A stretch of 64,000 bases of DNA from an uncultured SAR86 cluster bacterium (GTDB lineage Bacteria > Pseudomonadota > Gammaproteobacteria > Magnimaribacterales > D2472): positions 128,911 through 192,910 of the forward strand of contig CACJML010000002.1 in assembly GCA_902594515.1 (NCBI GenBank), read 5' to 3'. Below the pieces are notes generated by a model. That model was not told the origin of the DNA. It did not search any database and was given only the letters and a program-made list of their open reading frames with translations. The position numbers and the translations under genes were made by a program. Positions 41,115-50,505 of this stretch are shown piece after piece; position 1 is the first letter of the stretch; each line of letters opens with the position of its first letter.

Positions 41115-41896
41115 AGTACTATCTTAAAGTTTTACTCCTGTTGAATTTCATAAATCCAATTAATGCTGAAACCTTAACTTTTAAAAGTGGGGAGCTAGCT
41201 GCTGTTAGCATTAGCGGAGAAGATGGATCTGGAACTCTTATCAAATCAAATAGTCAAATTAAAAAAATTCTAGCTTTCCCTTTTGTTGCAAATGATAAAA
41301 CCATTACTGATGAGGATATCAAAGGAGCAATGAAGATTGAATACATTAACTTTGGTGAATCTCGCATCACCATTGCAGATGCCTCGAAAGTAAATCTAAG
41401 TGCATCAGACCAGCAACGTGCAAATAAAGAAGCACTATTAATTCGTGAAGCACTTACAAAAAATGATTCAACCCTAACACCCTCATTTCAATTTATGAGA
41501 CCCGTTGCAGGAATTGTAACTTCACCATACGGTAAACAGCGATACATTAATGGGCAGAAACGTTCCGTTCATTTGGCGCTTGATATGAATGGTAAAACTG
41601 GGGATCCCATCATTGCTCCCTCAAAAGGCAGAGTTGTTTTGATAGGTGATTTTTTCTATACAGGCAACACGGTAATTTTAAGTCATGGTGAGGGACTTTA
41701 TACATCCTATGCACACATGGATGAAATTACCACAGATCTTGGAAAAATTATTCAACAAGGTAATCAAATTGGAACCGTTGGAGCTACCGGAAGAGTTACA
41801 GGGCCACATTTACATTGGACCGTTTATTTTAAAGGTAACAAGATTAATCCTGAGTGGTTAATTGAAGAAGGTTTTTTAAAAACTCTTTTGAAGTGA
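41111..41896 (+). CDS. M23 family metallopeptidase
   Basis: 'HLALD' (HxxxD) and 'TGRVTGPHLHW' (HxH); follows xseA as in pseudomonads. Confidence 0.88.
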   Translation: MKYYLKVLLLLNFINPINAETLTFKSGELAAVSISGEDGSGTLIKSNSQIKKILAFPFVANDKTITDEDIKGAMKIEYINFGESRITIADASKVNLSASDQQRANKEALLIREALTKNDSTLTPSFQFMRPVAGIVTSPYGKQRYINGQKRSVHLALDMNGKTGDPIIAPSKGRVVLIGDFFYTGNTVILSHGEGLYTSYAHMDEITTDLGKIIQQGNQIGTVGATGRVTGPHLHWTVYFKGNKINPEWLIEEGFLKTLLK

Positions 41897-42331
41897 AGAT
41901 AGGATCTCTTCTATAGCTGTTGCATCGATTGGTCTTTTGCTTGCAAATACAACCTCGCCATTGGGATTAATAAAAAATGTAGCAGGTAGTGATTGAGGGG
42001 TCTCAATACCCCAGATAGTTTTAGGGTGCGTCAATAGCGAAGGATATGTGTGGCCAAATCGATCAAGCTGCTCTTCGAGCTCTTCGCCCTCCAAACGATC
42101 AAAATTAAATCCAAAGACTTTGATGTCAGGATTTAAATTTGAAAATTTAGCAAGCTCAGGAATTTCTTTAAGGCATGGCGGACACCAGTCTGCCCAATAG
42201 TTCACAATCACCCAATGACCTTTAAGAGATTCTGAGGATATTGAGCGGGTATCATGTAAATCTATGTCGCCTTGTGAGCAAGACAGCATCACGAGCAAAA
42301 CAGTATACAAAGATATTTTTTTACCATTCAT
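41876..42331 (-). CDS. TlpA/ResA-like thioredoxin lipoprotein
   Basis: Lipobox 'MLSC', 'VNYWADWCPPCLKEIP', 'LPATFFI'; start moved to 42331. Confidence 0.88.
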   Translation of the reverse strand: MNGKKISLYTVLLVMLSCSQGDIDLHDTRSISSESLKGHWVIVNYWADWCPPCLKEIPELAKFSNLNPDIKVFGFNFDRLEGEELEEQLDRFGHTYPSLLTHPKTIWGIETPQSLPATFFINPNGEVVFASKRPIDATAIEEILSSLQKSF

Positions 42332-42356
42332 CAAAGATGCATTGTAAGATTGTTGC

Positions 42357-42944
42357 ATGAATGATCAATACCTATTGATACTTTTTTATTCAGCTTCTGG
42401 GAGTGTAAAAAATCTTGCGCATGCCATTGCCGATGGTGCTGAAGCCTCTGGAATGCCAACTAAAATTAGGACTGTTCCCAGGGTATCACCTAACTCAAAA
42501 GCAACTGAGCCTGAAGAGCCTGTTGAGGGTGAAATCTATTGCACAAAAGAAGAGCTCCAACATTGTTCAGGCCTTGCTATAGGCTCGCCTACAAGATTTG
42601 GTTCCATGGCAGCTCCAATGAAGCATTTTCTTGATTCAACCGGTGATTTATGGGCTGCGAATGCATTGGAAAATAAACCAGGGATGGCATTTACATCAAC
42701 AAGCTCGATGCATGGTGGGCAAGAGATTACTTTGTGGAATATTCTAACTTACATGCTGCATCAAGGGATGATGATTATTGGTGCGCCCTACTCGATTGAT
42801 GCGCTGCATCAAACGAAAAGTGGTGGCACACCTTATGGAGCAAGTCATGTAAATACAGCAGGGCCTGCACTAACTAATGATGAGCGTGCTATAGCAGAAG
42901 CTGCTGGTAAAAGATTGGCACACACGATAAAGCAGGTGTCTTAG
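42357..42944 (+). CDS. wrbA: NAD(P)H:quinone oxidoreductase WrbA
   Basis: 'GLAIGSPTRFGSMA', 'FTSTSSMHGGQE', 'GGTPYGASH'. Confidence 0.92.
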   Translation: MNDQYLLILFYSASGSVKNLAHAIADGAEASGMPTKIRTVPRVSPNSKATEPEEPVEGEIYCTKEELQHCSGLAIGSPTRFGSMAAPMKHFLDSTGDLWAANALENKPGMAFTSTSSMHGGQEITLWNILTYMLHQGMMIIGAPYSIDALHQTKSGGTPYGASHVNTAGPALTNDERAIAEAAGKRLAHTIKQVS

Positions 42945-43274
42945 ATGATACTTTCGAATTTGAAGTTATTTAGATTAGGAATGCTCTTTTTTATCCTTTT
43001 TGCATTAATAAAAACTAGTATTATTAAAGAATTGAGCCCACTTTTTTGGATCTGGGTTACCCCCTTGCTTATTATTGAGCTTGTCTCATGGATTTATCCA
43101 TCTAAAAAATTTTTCCAATCTGTTGGGTTTGTTTTACTGATGTATTTTATGTTTGATTCGTTATCTGTTTTTGGTGTTCCAAATGTTTCTGTTTTTGAGA
43201 TTATTGAAGTCTCGATGATTATCATCCTCTTTGTTAACAGCGTCTTTATTGCATCGACGCTAAAGGTAAAGTAA
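42945..43274 (+). CDS. Small 4-TM membrane protein (DUF2069-like)
   Basis: Hydrophobic, 'PLL...LMYF' pattern; lies directly after wrbA, where DUF2069 is commonly found. Confidence 0.5.
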   Translation: MILSNLKLFRLGMLFFILFALIKTSIIKELSPLFWIWVTPLLIIELVSWIYPSKKFFQSVGFVLLMYFMFDSLSVFGVPNVSVFEIIEVSMIIILFVNSVFIASTLKVK

Positions 43275-43310
43275 ATTAATCAGCCTTTTTAAAAAAATTA
43301 GAATATTTTT

Positions 43311-45443
43311 ATGCAAAAATTATCACTACCATTAATCTTAATATTTACTGTAAGTCTCTCTGCTGAGCCACTTATTATTCAGCCAGGACTCCCTGGGACT
43401 GTATCTAAAGAAATTAATTCCGAAGAAGCGATAAATATTGCTAATACTGGGTTTACTAAAGATGATACGGTTTTCATGAACCACATGATCGTTCATCATC
43501 AACAAGCGCTTACACTTTCTAGACTTGCACCTAATCGAACCAATACCCAAGAAATATTAGATTTAGCTGGAAGAATTGACGTTTCTCAGGAGGATGAGAT
43601 TTCATTCATGCAAGGCTGGCTTGAAGAACGAAATATTGAAGTTCATGCCTATATGTCTATGCATCACATGAAAATGATGGGTATGGCCAGCGATCAAGAT
43701 ATTGCAGAGCTTTCAAACAGCAAAGGCATGGAATTCGATGAATTGTTTTTAAGATTAATGATTGCTCACCATGAGGGTGCATTGGATATGGTGAAGGAGC
43801 TTAAAAGACAACCCGGCTCTGCTTATGATCCTTTAATGTTTGAATTTGTTTCAGATTTATCTAATGACCAAGGCGTTGAAATTGAGAGAATGAATACTCT
43901 TCTAACTGGTCTTTCAAAAGATCCAAGAGCATCCCTCAAAGGCGGCCTGTACCATGCCGAGGAAGCCATTCTGAATTTAGACCTTGTTCAATCTTTAAAA
44001 AAACCTGCAGGCTTTTTTGATCCCTCTAACCCATTAAATGAAAGGTTATCCAATGAGGACAAAGAGGATGAAGAAGAAAAACCGCTTGCTGAACGCTCAA
44101 GAAACAGTCGATCTCCAATGCTAAGTTTCTCGAATACAGATATGGCTTTTAGCGGTAACGTTATGGTTGCTGGTAGTTATCATGGATTTAATATCTATAA
44201 TTTAGATAATCAAGGTCATGCCAAATTGGTCTCTTCGGTAATTTGCCCTGGAGGTCAAGGCGATGTTTCGATTGTAGGTAATCTTTTGATAATGTCGGTT
44301 GAGCAAAATCGTGGAAGAATCGATTGTGGTCTTCAAGGGGCAGGCACGGAACCAAATCCAGACAGGTTTAGAGGTATTAGAATTTTTGATATTTCAGATT
44401 TAAAAAGACCCCAACAAGTTGGTGCAGTCCAAACATGTCGTGGGTCGCATACGCATTCAGTTGTCAGTGGTCCAGATGAAAATGGCATCATTATTGTTTA
44501 TAACTCAGGAACTTCAAGCGTTAGAGATCAAGAAGAGCTTGAAAGCTGCTTTGAAGCCATCCCGGGTGACAATCGTACCGCCCTCTTTCGAATCGATGTC
44601 ATAGAGATTCCTGTTGCCGATCCGTCGCAAGCCAAAATTGTTAAAAGTCCGACTGTGTTTGCTGATCCTGAAACTGGCGCATTAGCAGGCTTATGGAGAG
44701 GTGGAGATCACGGAGATGATACGCAAGACACTTCAAGAACCGATGAATGTCATGACATAACGGTATTCCCATCAAAAAATCTTGCAGCCGGAGCCTGCTC
44801 AGGCAATGGAATTTTATTTGATATTTCAGATCCTTATAATCCTAGGCGCTTAGATGTAGTAACGGATGTGGGTTTTGCTTATTGGCATTCTGCTACCTTT
44901 AATAACGCTGGAGATAAGATTGTCTTCACCGATGAATGGGGTGGCGGTGGCAGACCACGTTGTAGAGCCTGGGATCCAATGGATTGGGGTGCAAATGCTA
45001 TCTACGATATTGTTGACAATAAACTGGTTTTTAAAAGTCATTACAAAATGCCTGCGCCACAAACTGAAACAGAAAACTGCGTCGCTCATAACGGCTCCAT
45101 CATACCCATCCCTAACCGTGATATTTTTGTCCAAGCTTGGTATCAAGGCGGTCTTTCTGTTATGGATTTTACCGATTCTGAAAATCCGATAGAGATAGGT
45201 TATTTTGATCGTGGACCCATTTCCGAGGAACAACTCATCAGTGGAGGTTATTGGTCAACATATTATTACGAGGGCAAAATTTACGGGACAGAAATTGCTC
45301 GAGGCATTGATGTTTTTGAGATGATCCCAAGTCAATTCATTACCCAAAAAGAAATTGATATGGCTGCTAAAGCCTATCCTGCAGTAGGTGATGAAAGATT
45401 GTTCAACCCGCAACAACAATTTCCACTTACTTGGCCAAAATAA
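43311..45443 (+). CDS. Secreted DUF305 (ferritin-like) + LVIVD-repeat fusion protein
   Basis: Signal peptide; two 'MIxHHxxA' motifs (MIVHHQQA, MIAHHEGA) with a Met/His-rich linker; C-terminal repeats 'IRIFDISD','ILFDISDP','VMDFTDSENPIEIGYFD' and many Cys. Confidence 0.8.
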   Translation: MQKLSLPLILIFTVSLSAEPLIIQPGLPGTVSKEINSEEAINIANTGFTKDDTVFMNHMIVHHQQALTLSRLAPNRTNTQEILDLAGRIDVSQEDEISFMQGWLEERNIEVHAYMSMHHMKMMGMASDQDIAELSNSKGMEFDELFLRLMIAHHEGALDMVKELKRQPGSAYDPLMFEFVSDLSNDQGVEIERMNTLLTGLSKDPRASLKGGLYHAEEAILNLDLVQSLKKPAGFFDPSNPLNERLSNEDKEDEEEKPLAERSRNSRSPMLSFSNTDMAFSGNVMVAGSYHGFNIYNLDNQGHAKLVSSVICPGGQGDVSIVGNLLIMSVEQNRGRIDCGLQGAGTEPNPDRFRGIRIFDISDLKRPQQVGAVQTCRGSHTHSVVSGPDENGIIIVYNSGTSSVRDQEELESCFEAIPGDNRTALFRIDVIEIPVADPSQAKIVKSPTVFADPETGALAGLWRGGDHGDDTQDTSRTDECHDITVFPSKNLAAGACSGNGILFDISDPYNPRRLDVVTDVGFAYWHSATFNNAGDKIVFTDEWGGGGRPRCRAWDPMDWGANAIYDIVDNKLVFKSHYKMPAPQTETENCVAHNGSIIPIPNRDIFVQAWYQGGLSVMDFTDSENPIEIGYFDRGPISEEQLISGGYWSTYYYEGKIYGTEIARGIDVFEMIPSQFITQKEIDMAAKAYPAVGDERLFNPQQQFPLTWPK

Positions 45444-45458
45444 ATAGTTGGAAGTTTA

Positions 45459-45510
45459 TTGACAAGTTCTAAATGTAAAGTAAACTTTACATGTCAAATA
45501 AACTTTACAT
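45459..45510 (+). promoter_or_regulatory. Sigma70 promoter overlapped by tandem 20-bp palindromic operators
   Basis: TTGACA(45459)-N16-TAAACT; ATGTAAAG-TAAA-CTTTACAT (45473-45492) and ATGTCAAA-TAAA-CTTTACAT (45491-45510). Confidence 0.75.
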
Positions 45511-45518
45511 TATAAATT

Positions 45519-45974
45519 ATGGCTAAAATTACTCACCGTGGAATGTGGATCAAGATTAGTTCTCTTAATCCTGAGGATAAAAAAAACTACTTAACATCAA
45601 TGGCTCTTTTTATGATTGGTGCCTTTGCATGGGGTGTCCACCTTGCGTCTGTGGGTTTTTTTAATGATGTACCTGATACCGAAAATGCGACCTCCTCGGT
45701 CTATAACTTTGCAAGATTAATAGTGGTTGTCTCGTGGGCAATCGCAACCCTTTTTTACATTAAATTTTTAAAAACTCAAGATGAGCTAATTATTAAATGG
45801 CATGAATTTATTGGGAGTTGGGGTGCAATAGGTTTTCTTAGCTTTGGAATGATGATGTCACTTTTATCCCCCTATCTAAACTTTAAACCTGGATTTTATG
45901 AACTTTTCCTAGCCTTTTGTGCGGGAACGGTGATTGGTGGACTTAGGTTTCACAACAAGTATTTAAGTGAATGA
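45519..45974 (+). CDS. Hypothetical 4-TM membrane protein co-transcribed with an XRE regulator
   Basis: Four hydrophobic segments with central 'QDEL'; ATGA overlap with the downstream HTH gene. Confidence 0.7.
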   Translation: MAKITHRGMWIKISSLNPEDKKNYLTSMALFMIGAFAWGVHLASVGFFNDVPDTENATSSVYNFARLIVVVSWAIATLFYIKFLKTQDELIIKWHEFIGSWGAIGFLSFGMMMSLLSPYLNFKPGFYELFLAFCAGTVIGGLRFHNKYLSE

Positions 45975-46165
45975 AAAATAACATTCAACAACTAAGAAAA
46001 ACTATGCATCTTAGTCAGGAAGATTTGGCTGCCAAGACAGATGTCAGTCGCCAGACCATCAATTCGATTGAGACCGGCAAGTTTGATCCATCACTTCCCT
46101 TAGTTTTTAAGCTTTTAAAAACTCTAGACGTGTCACTTGAAGAGTTATTTATTTTTGAGGAATGA
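45971..46165 (+). CDS. XRE/Cro-family HTH transcriptional regulator
   Basis: 'MKNNIQQLR...LSQEDLA...VSRQTINSIETGKFDPSLPL'. Confidence 0.92.
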   Translation: MKNNIQQLRKTMHLSQEDLAAKTDVSRQTINSIETGKFDPSLPLVFKLLKTLDVSLEELFIFEE

Positions 46166-46192
46166 AACTATTTTTAAGTTAAGGAAAAAGAT

Positions 46193-46402
46193 ATGGGAAT
46201 AATTATTGGCGTTTTAATGCTGACTTTAGGAATTTTGTTTCTGCATGAAATTATCCTAAGCGTTTTTGGTTTAATGTTTGGACTTCTGATTGCCTCTCTT
46301 GCAATCCTTATTAGTATTGTGAGTTTCACTTTTGTTGTGGCCACGATGGTGATCATTGGAGTCTTATGTTTGATGGGTTTAATTATTAGCATTTTAATTT
46401 AA
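46193..46402 (+). CDS. Small, extremely hydrophobic membrane protein
   Basis: 69 aa, nearly all hydrophobic; SD AAGGA; fills the gap between XRE and sppA on the same strand. Confidence 0.55.
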   Translation: MGIIIGVLMLTLGILFLHEIILSVFGLMFGLLIASLAILISIVSFTFVVATMVIIGVLCLMGLIISILI

Positions 46403-46412
46403 GGAGAAAAAT

Positions 46413-48233
46413 ATGGATGCACTAAAATCTATTTTTAGTTGGCTTGGAAAGTTTTTAGAAAAAACAAGGGTTGTGCTTCTCAATGTTGCAACTGCATTTA
46501 TTTTAATTGTTATTACCGTTGCAATTATGGGCGGTATTTTTGGTGGTGATACTGAAATAGACAAAGAAGGAAAAGTTGTCTTTTTAGATCCAGCTGCAGT
46601 TATCACGGATGAAGAAGCTTTCGCAGATTCTCTATTTGCTAATACAGATGTCAATCAAATGACGTTTAGAGATTTTGAAGACCTTGTGAATGAGTTGGCT
46701 GATGATGAAGAAATAGCTGCTATCGTCATTGATTTTAGCTCAACTGGATTTGCTGGACCCACTACACTACTTAATGTCGCAGGATTGATGAAAAAGCTTC
46801 AGGCCTCTGATATAGAATTGATTGCATACTCAGATTATTTTAATACGCCTGCTTACCTAATAGCTTCTTATGCCGATGAAATATGGGGACATTCAAGTGG
46901 TTCATTTGGATTGAGAGGTCCAGGTGGATACAGGCCCTATCTTAATGAGCTGCTTACAAAGAATCTTAAATTCACCATTCACGATTTTTCAGAAGGTACT
47001 TTCAAGTCTGCTGGAGAAACAATCACCCGCTCCAGCATGTCTGATTTTGAAAGAAAGCAAACTAAAGAGCTCTTAGATCCAATTTGGACAGAAATGAAAA
47101 GTCTAATTGCCAAACAAAGAGCCATGAGCATTGATGATGTCCAAGACTTTGCTGATAAATACTCTGCCGGATTATTAGGTGAGGCTAACTATATAAATCT
47201 CAGTGCTGCCACTGAAATTGGATTCATTGATGGAGTTAAATCTTATCCTGAATTTAGAGAGCACATGATTGAAAAGTTTGGTTTAGATGAAGACTCTGAT
47301 AGAGATACATACCCCAATATAAGTTATCAAGAATACATGGATACTTATGAGATAGAAAAAGATTCAGCAGATAACAAGGTTGCGGTCGTGACTGTTGAAG
47401 GAACGATTACACGCGGAGAGATTCAACCCGGTGTTGCAGGCGCCGATGGTCTTGCAAGACTATTGAGAAGTGCTCATGAGGATGAAGATGTTAAAGCTCT
47501 TGTTGTTAGAGTTAATAGCGGTGGGGGTGGCGTTATGGCAAGTGAGATTATCAGAGATGAAATTCAGCGTGCTAAATCAAAAGGTATTAATGTGGTCGTA
47601 TCAATGGGTGATGTTGCAGCTTCTGGGGGGGTGTGGATTGCAACGCCTGCAGAGTATATTTTTGCTGAGCCAACCACCATCACCGGCTCAATTGGAGTGG
47701 CCATTGCTTTTCCTACTTTTGAAAATACCATGGATGAAATAGGGATTGATTTTGATGGAGTGGTAACAACTAAAAATGCAGGTTGGGATCTTAATCAAGC
47801 CATGACAGCTGAAATCAAAGCAGCCATCCAAGATGATACAGCGAAAGTTTATAACCGTTTTGTTTCACTGGTGGCTGAATCCAGAGAAGAATCTGAAGAT
47901 TACATTCGTACCATAGCTGAAGGACGGGTTTGGATAGGAACCAAGGCTTTAGAGATTAATCTAGTCGATGAAATTGGTAATTTTGATGATGCTGTTGCTA
48001 AAGCGGCTGAACTTGCTGGTCTTGAGGAATATGAGGTTGATTACTTTAAAGAAACACTTGATCCTGAGATTGAAGTACTGCTTGAACTAACTGAAAGCTT
48101 TGATATTAAGTTAATTGATCAGCAAACTTTGAATTCATTTAAAAGCATGACGGAGATACTCAATGAAGTTCTTCAAGTCAGTAAACCAACAACGCTGATA
48201 GCATGTCAAACTTGTGAAGTCGCTTTGCAATAA
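46413..48233 (+). CDS. sppA: Signal peptide peptidase SppA (protease IV, long form)
   Basis: 'YLIASYADEI', 'KALVVRVNSGGG', 'VSMGDVAASGG', 'TGSIGV', 'EGRVWIG'. Confidence 0.92.
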   Translation: MDALKSIFSWLGKFLEKTRVVLLNVATAFILIVITVAIMGGIFGGDTEIDKEGKVVFLDPAAVITDEEAFADSLFANTDVNQMTFRDFEDLVNELADDEEIAAIVIDFSSTGFAGPTTLLNVAGLMKKLQASDIELIAYSDYFNTPAYLIASYADEIWGHSSGSFGLRGPGGYRPYLNELLTKNLKFTIHDFSEGTFKSAGETITRSSMSDFERKQTKELLDPIWTEMKSLIAKQRAMSIDDVQDFADKYSAGLLGEANYINLSAATEIGFIDGVKSYPEFREHMIEKFGLDEDSDRDTYPNISYQEYMDTYEIEKDSADNKVAVVTVEGTITRGEIQPGVAGADGLARLLRSAHEDEDVKALVVRVNSGGGGVMASEIIRDEIQRAKSKGINVVVSMGDVAASGGVWIATPAEYIFAEPTTITGSIGVAIAFPTFENTMDEIGIDFDGVVTTKNAGWDLNQAMTAEIKAAIQDDTAKVYNRFVSLVAESREESEDYIRTIAEGRVWIGTKALEINLVDEIGNFDDAVAKAAELAGLEEYEVDYFKETLDPEIEVLLELTESFDIKLIDQQTLNSFKSMTEILNEVLQVSKPTTLIACQTCEVALQ

Positions 48234-48237
48234 AGCG

Positions 48238-48945
48238 CTAAGAGAGAAGTATCTGCTTAGCAAAAGGAATGGTTATCTTTCTCTTTTGTTGAGCAGAAGC
48301 TTGATCTAAGTGTTTTAGCAAGGAAAATAAATGTTGAAACTCTCTTTTTTCTCTTTTCAACAAATAGTCAATCACCTCGTGATCAAGTGATATTTCAAGT
48401 TTGGTCGCACAAAAATTTAAAGCCTCTTTAAGCATGTCATCAGGCACCGATAAAATGTGCAAAGATTGCATCCGGGATAAACGAGATGATAGATCTGGTA
48501 GGAGATCTAGTTCTAAGATGCTTTCCTCCGTTCCAAAATAAAGATTGCATTTATTTTCTTTGGATTGATTAATTAGGTGAAAAATCATCTCTTGCCACTT
48601 TGGGTGGTTGTGCACTAAATGAACATCATCGATGCAAAGCGCATCGTAAATATCAAAATTCTCTATGAAATCTGGTTCCATATTAATGGCAACTTTCATG
48701 GGTAAATAAAAAGCTTGCTTATCAATCAACTTATATTCATTGCAAATAGCTTGCAATAAAAAAGATTTACCGGATCTTTCTGTTCCAGTTATAACGAATT
48801 CTGATTCCGTTGATTCCTCTAGTGACTTTGAGAGGCTGTAGATCAGTTGCTGGATATGCGAATGATAAAAATTATCAAACCTTGGATATTGATCAATTGC
48901 AAATGGAAAAATTAGTTGCTTAGGATTCATTAGAATGAAGTTCAT
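48238..48945 (-). CDS. hda: DnaA regulatory inactivator Hda
   Basis: Clamp-binding 'QLIF', Walker A-like 'GTERSGKSFLLQA', 'IDDVH', 'DLSSRL'; typical synteny with purM. Confidence 0.82.
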   Translation of the reverse strand: MNFILMNPKQLIFPFAIDQYPRFDNFYHSHIQQLIYSLSKSLEESTESEFVITGTERSGKSFLLQAICNEYKLIDKQAFYLPMKVAINMEPDFIENFDIYDALCIDDVHLVHNHPKWQEMIFHLINQSKENKCNLYFGTEESILELDLLPDLSSRLSRMQSLHILSVPDDMLKEALNFCATKLEISLDHEVIDYLLKREKREFQHLFSLLKHLDQASAQQKRKITIPFAKQILLS

Positions 48946-49477
48946 TGGTTTGCCTTAACCAATTCATCGTATAAGAAATCAAACTTAATAAGCACAAAGT
49001 GCAGATAAGCAGGTGATAAATGGGCTGCATTAAGTTTAATGTGAATACGATTTCAACAAGAATACTTAAAAAATAAATGATCTGCATAAATGTGGTGATC
49101 TTCCCCAACAAGTTTGGTTTCGGTGAACCAACCTCATAAACAGTCATGTGGAATGCTGCACCAATCAAGATGACAGTATCTCTAAATACTAAAATAAAAA
49201 AAACATAACTTGGAATGTATCCGTTGATCCAAAAAATAGAGACCATTCCAATCAAAAGAATCTTATCTGCAATGGGGTCCAGTACTTTTCCTAAATCCGT
49301 TCGCCAATTAAAAGTTCGTGCAAGAAAGCCATCGAGCGCATCGGTGAGTGCAGCTATAAGAAAAAGACCCAGTGAAATTAAGTACTCCTCAATGTAAAAA
49401 TACAGCAGGATCGGATAAGCAAGAATAATTCTTATCAGCGACAAAAGATTGGGGATAAAAATTAGATACTGTCGCAT
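48920..49477 (-). CDS. CDP-alcohol phosphatidyltransferase family protein
   Basis: 'PNLLSLIRI', 'AALTDALDGFLAR...LGKVLDPIADK'. Confidence 0.88.
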   Translation of the reverse strand: MRQYLIFIPNLLSLIRIILAYPILLYFYIEEYLISLGLFLIAALTDALDGFLARTFNWRTDLGKVLDPIADKILLIGMVSIFWINGYIPSYVFFILVFRDTVILIGAAFHMTVYEVGSPKPNLLGKITTFMQIIYFLSILVEIVFTLNLMQPIYHLLICTLCLLSLISYTMNWLRQTNELHSNES

Positions 49478-49479
49478 GG

Positions 49480-50493
49480 CTAATTAAACTCCACCTGCAA
49501 TGATTCGGTATTACTGTCATAAATAGGATTAATGAATCTTCTGGAACTTTGCAGTTCACGCATGAGTTCTTGTGGTTCAAACCGTAGCTTTAGATTCATT
49601 TGTGTCTCTCCCCTCATGATCGAGGTAGTTTGAAATGTTCTAATCGAAAAAATTTTTTTCACTTCATTTAGAAACATCTCATGCTCTGAGTAATTATCAA
49701 TGCCTGTTACCACAAATCTAAAAGTATTTTGATCTTGTTCTGAAAAATTAATTGCCAGGACTTCATCAATGTAATTATTAATCTGATCATCAAGAAATAA
49801 AATTAACTGCTCTTGTTGCAAATTAACAAGTGATTTAAAGTCACCGTTTATGCTCCATGAGTTAATTCCAGTTTTTATCAATTCAATATTTACTACTGCC
49901 TCTGTATTGCCTTTGGAAAGAAAATAGTCAGATGGATTTTCATAATTGAGTTTATTTTTGAGATTTTGGATGTCTTGAAGATCAAACTCAGGAACATCAA
50001 GAAAAATACCTCTTGTTTCAGTTAAATTTTTAAGCAAATTAGATAACTTTGTTTTTAATTCTGTATCATCACCATCAATACCTAAAAATTCAGGCTGAGA
50101 AGTACCGTCATCAATATTAATTAAAAAACTAATGCTGGGTCGATTGAATCCAATGATTGGAAAAGCATTAGCATCGAATAACTCAATAACTTCATCTTCT
50201 AAAAATTTAACCCTAAGATACCCTTCACCATCAATTTCTTCCGTAGTATAGCTGGCGACATAACTGGTCTTATTGATTTGCTGACGGTTAATTTCATTTC
50301 TAAATTTAAGGCTGGATGAGCCTGAAAGTTTAATCAGCAGCTTATCAAAAGCTCGATTCAAACCATAGTTAACATTGGTGTACTCTTCAGTGCTGATTCG
50401 AACTTCAAATAAGGATGAAAATTCACGTGCATTTATCTCAACTGCATTTAAAACTAATATCAAAATAGGTAAGATTAATTTATCTTTCATCAC
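49480..50493 (-). CDS. DUF2066-like exported protein
   Basis: Signal peptide, 'LFEVRI', 'RAFDKLLIKLSG'; sits in the conserved purM/hda neighbourhood. Confidence 0.6.
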   Translation of the reverse strand: MMKDKLILPILILVLNAVEINAREFSSLFEVRISTEEYTNVNYGLNRAFDKLLIKLSGSSSLKFRNEINRQQINKTSYVASYTTEEIDGEGYLRVKFLEDEVIELFDANAFPIIGFNRPSISFLINIDDGTSQPEFLGIDGDDTELKTKLSNLLKNLTETRGIFLDVPEFDLQDIQNLKNKLNYENPSDYFLSKGNTEAVVNIELIKTGINSWSINGDFKSLVNLQQEQLILFLDDQINNYIDEVLAINFSEQDQNTFRFVVTGIDNYSEHEMFLNEVKKIFSIRTFQTTSIMRGETQMNLKLRFEPQELMRELQSSRRFINPIYDSNTESLQVEFN

Positions 50494-50505
50494 TGAATAT
50501 TGTAA

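Noticed and set aside
46174-46654. Minus-strand ORFs 46174-46392 and 46394-46654
   Set aside because: Mirror frames of hydrophobic plus-strand genes that have SDs and fit the operon
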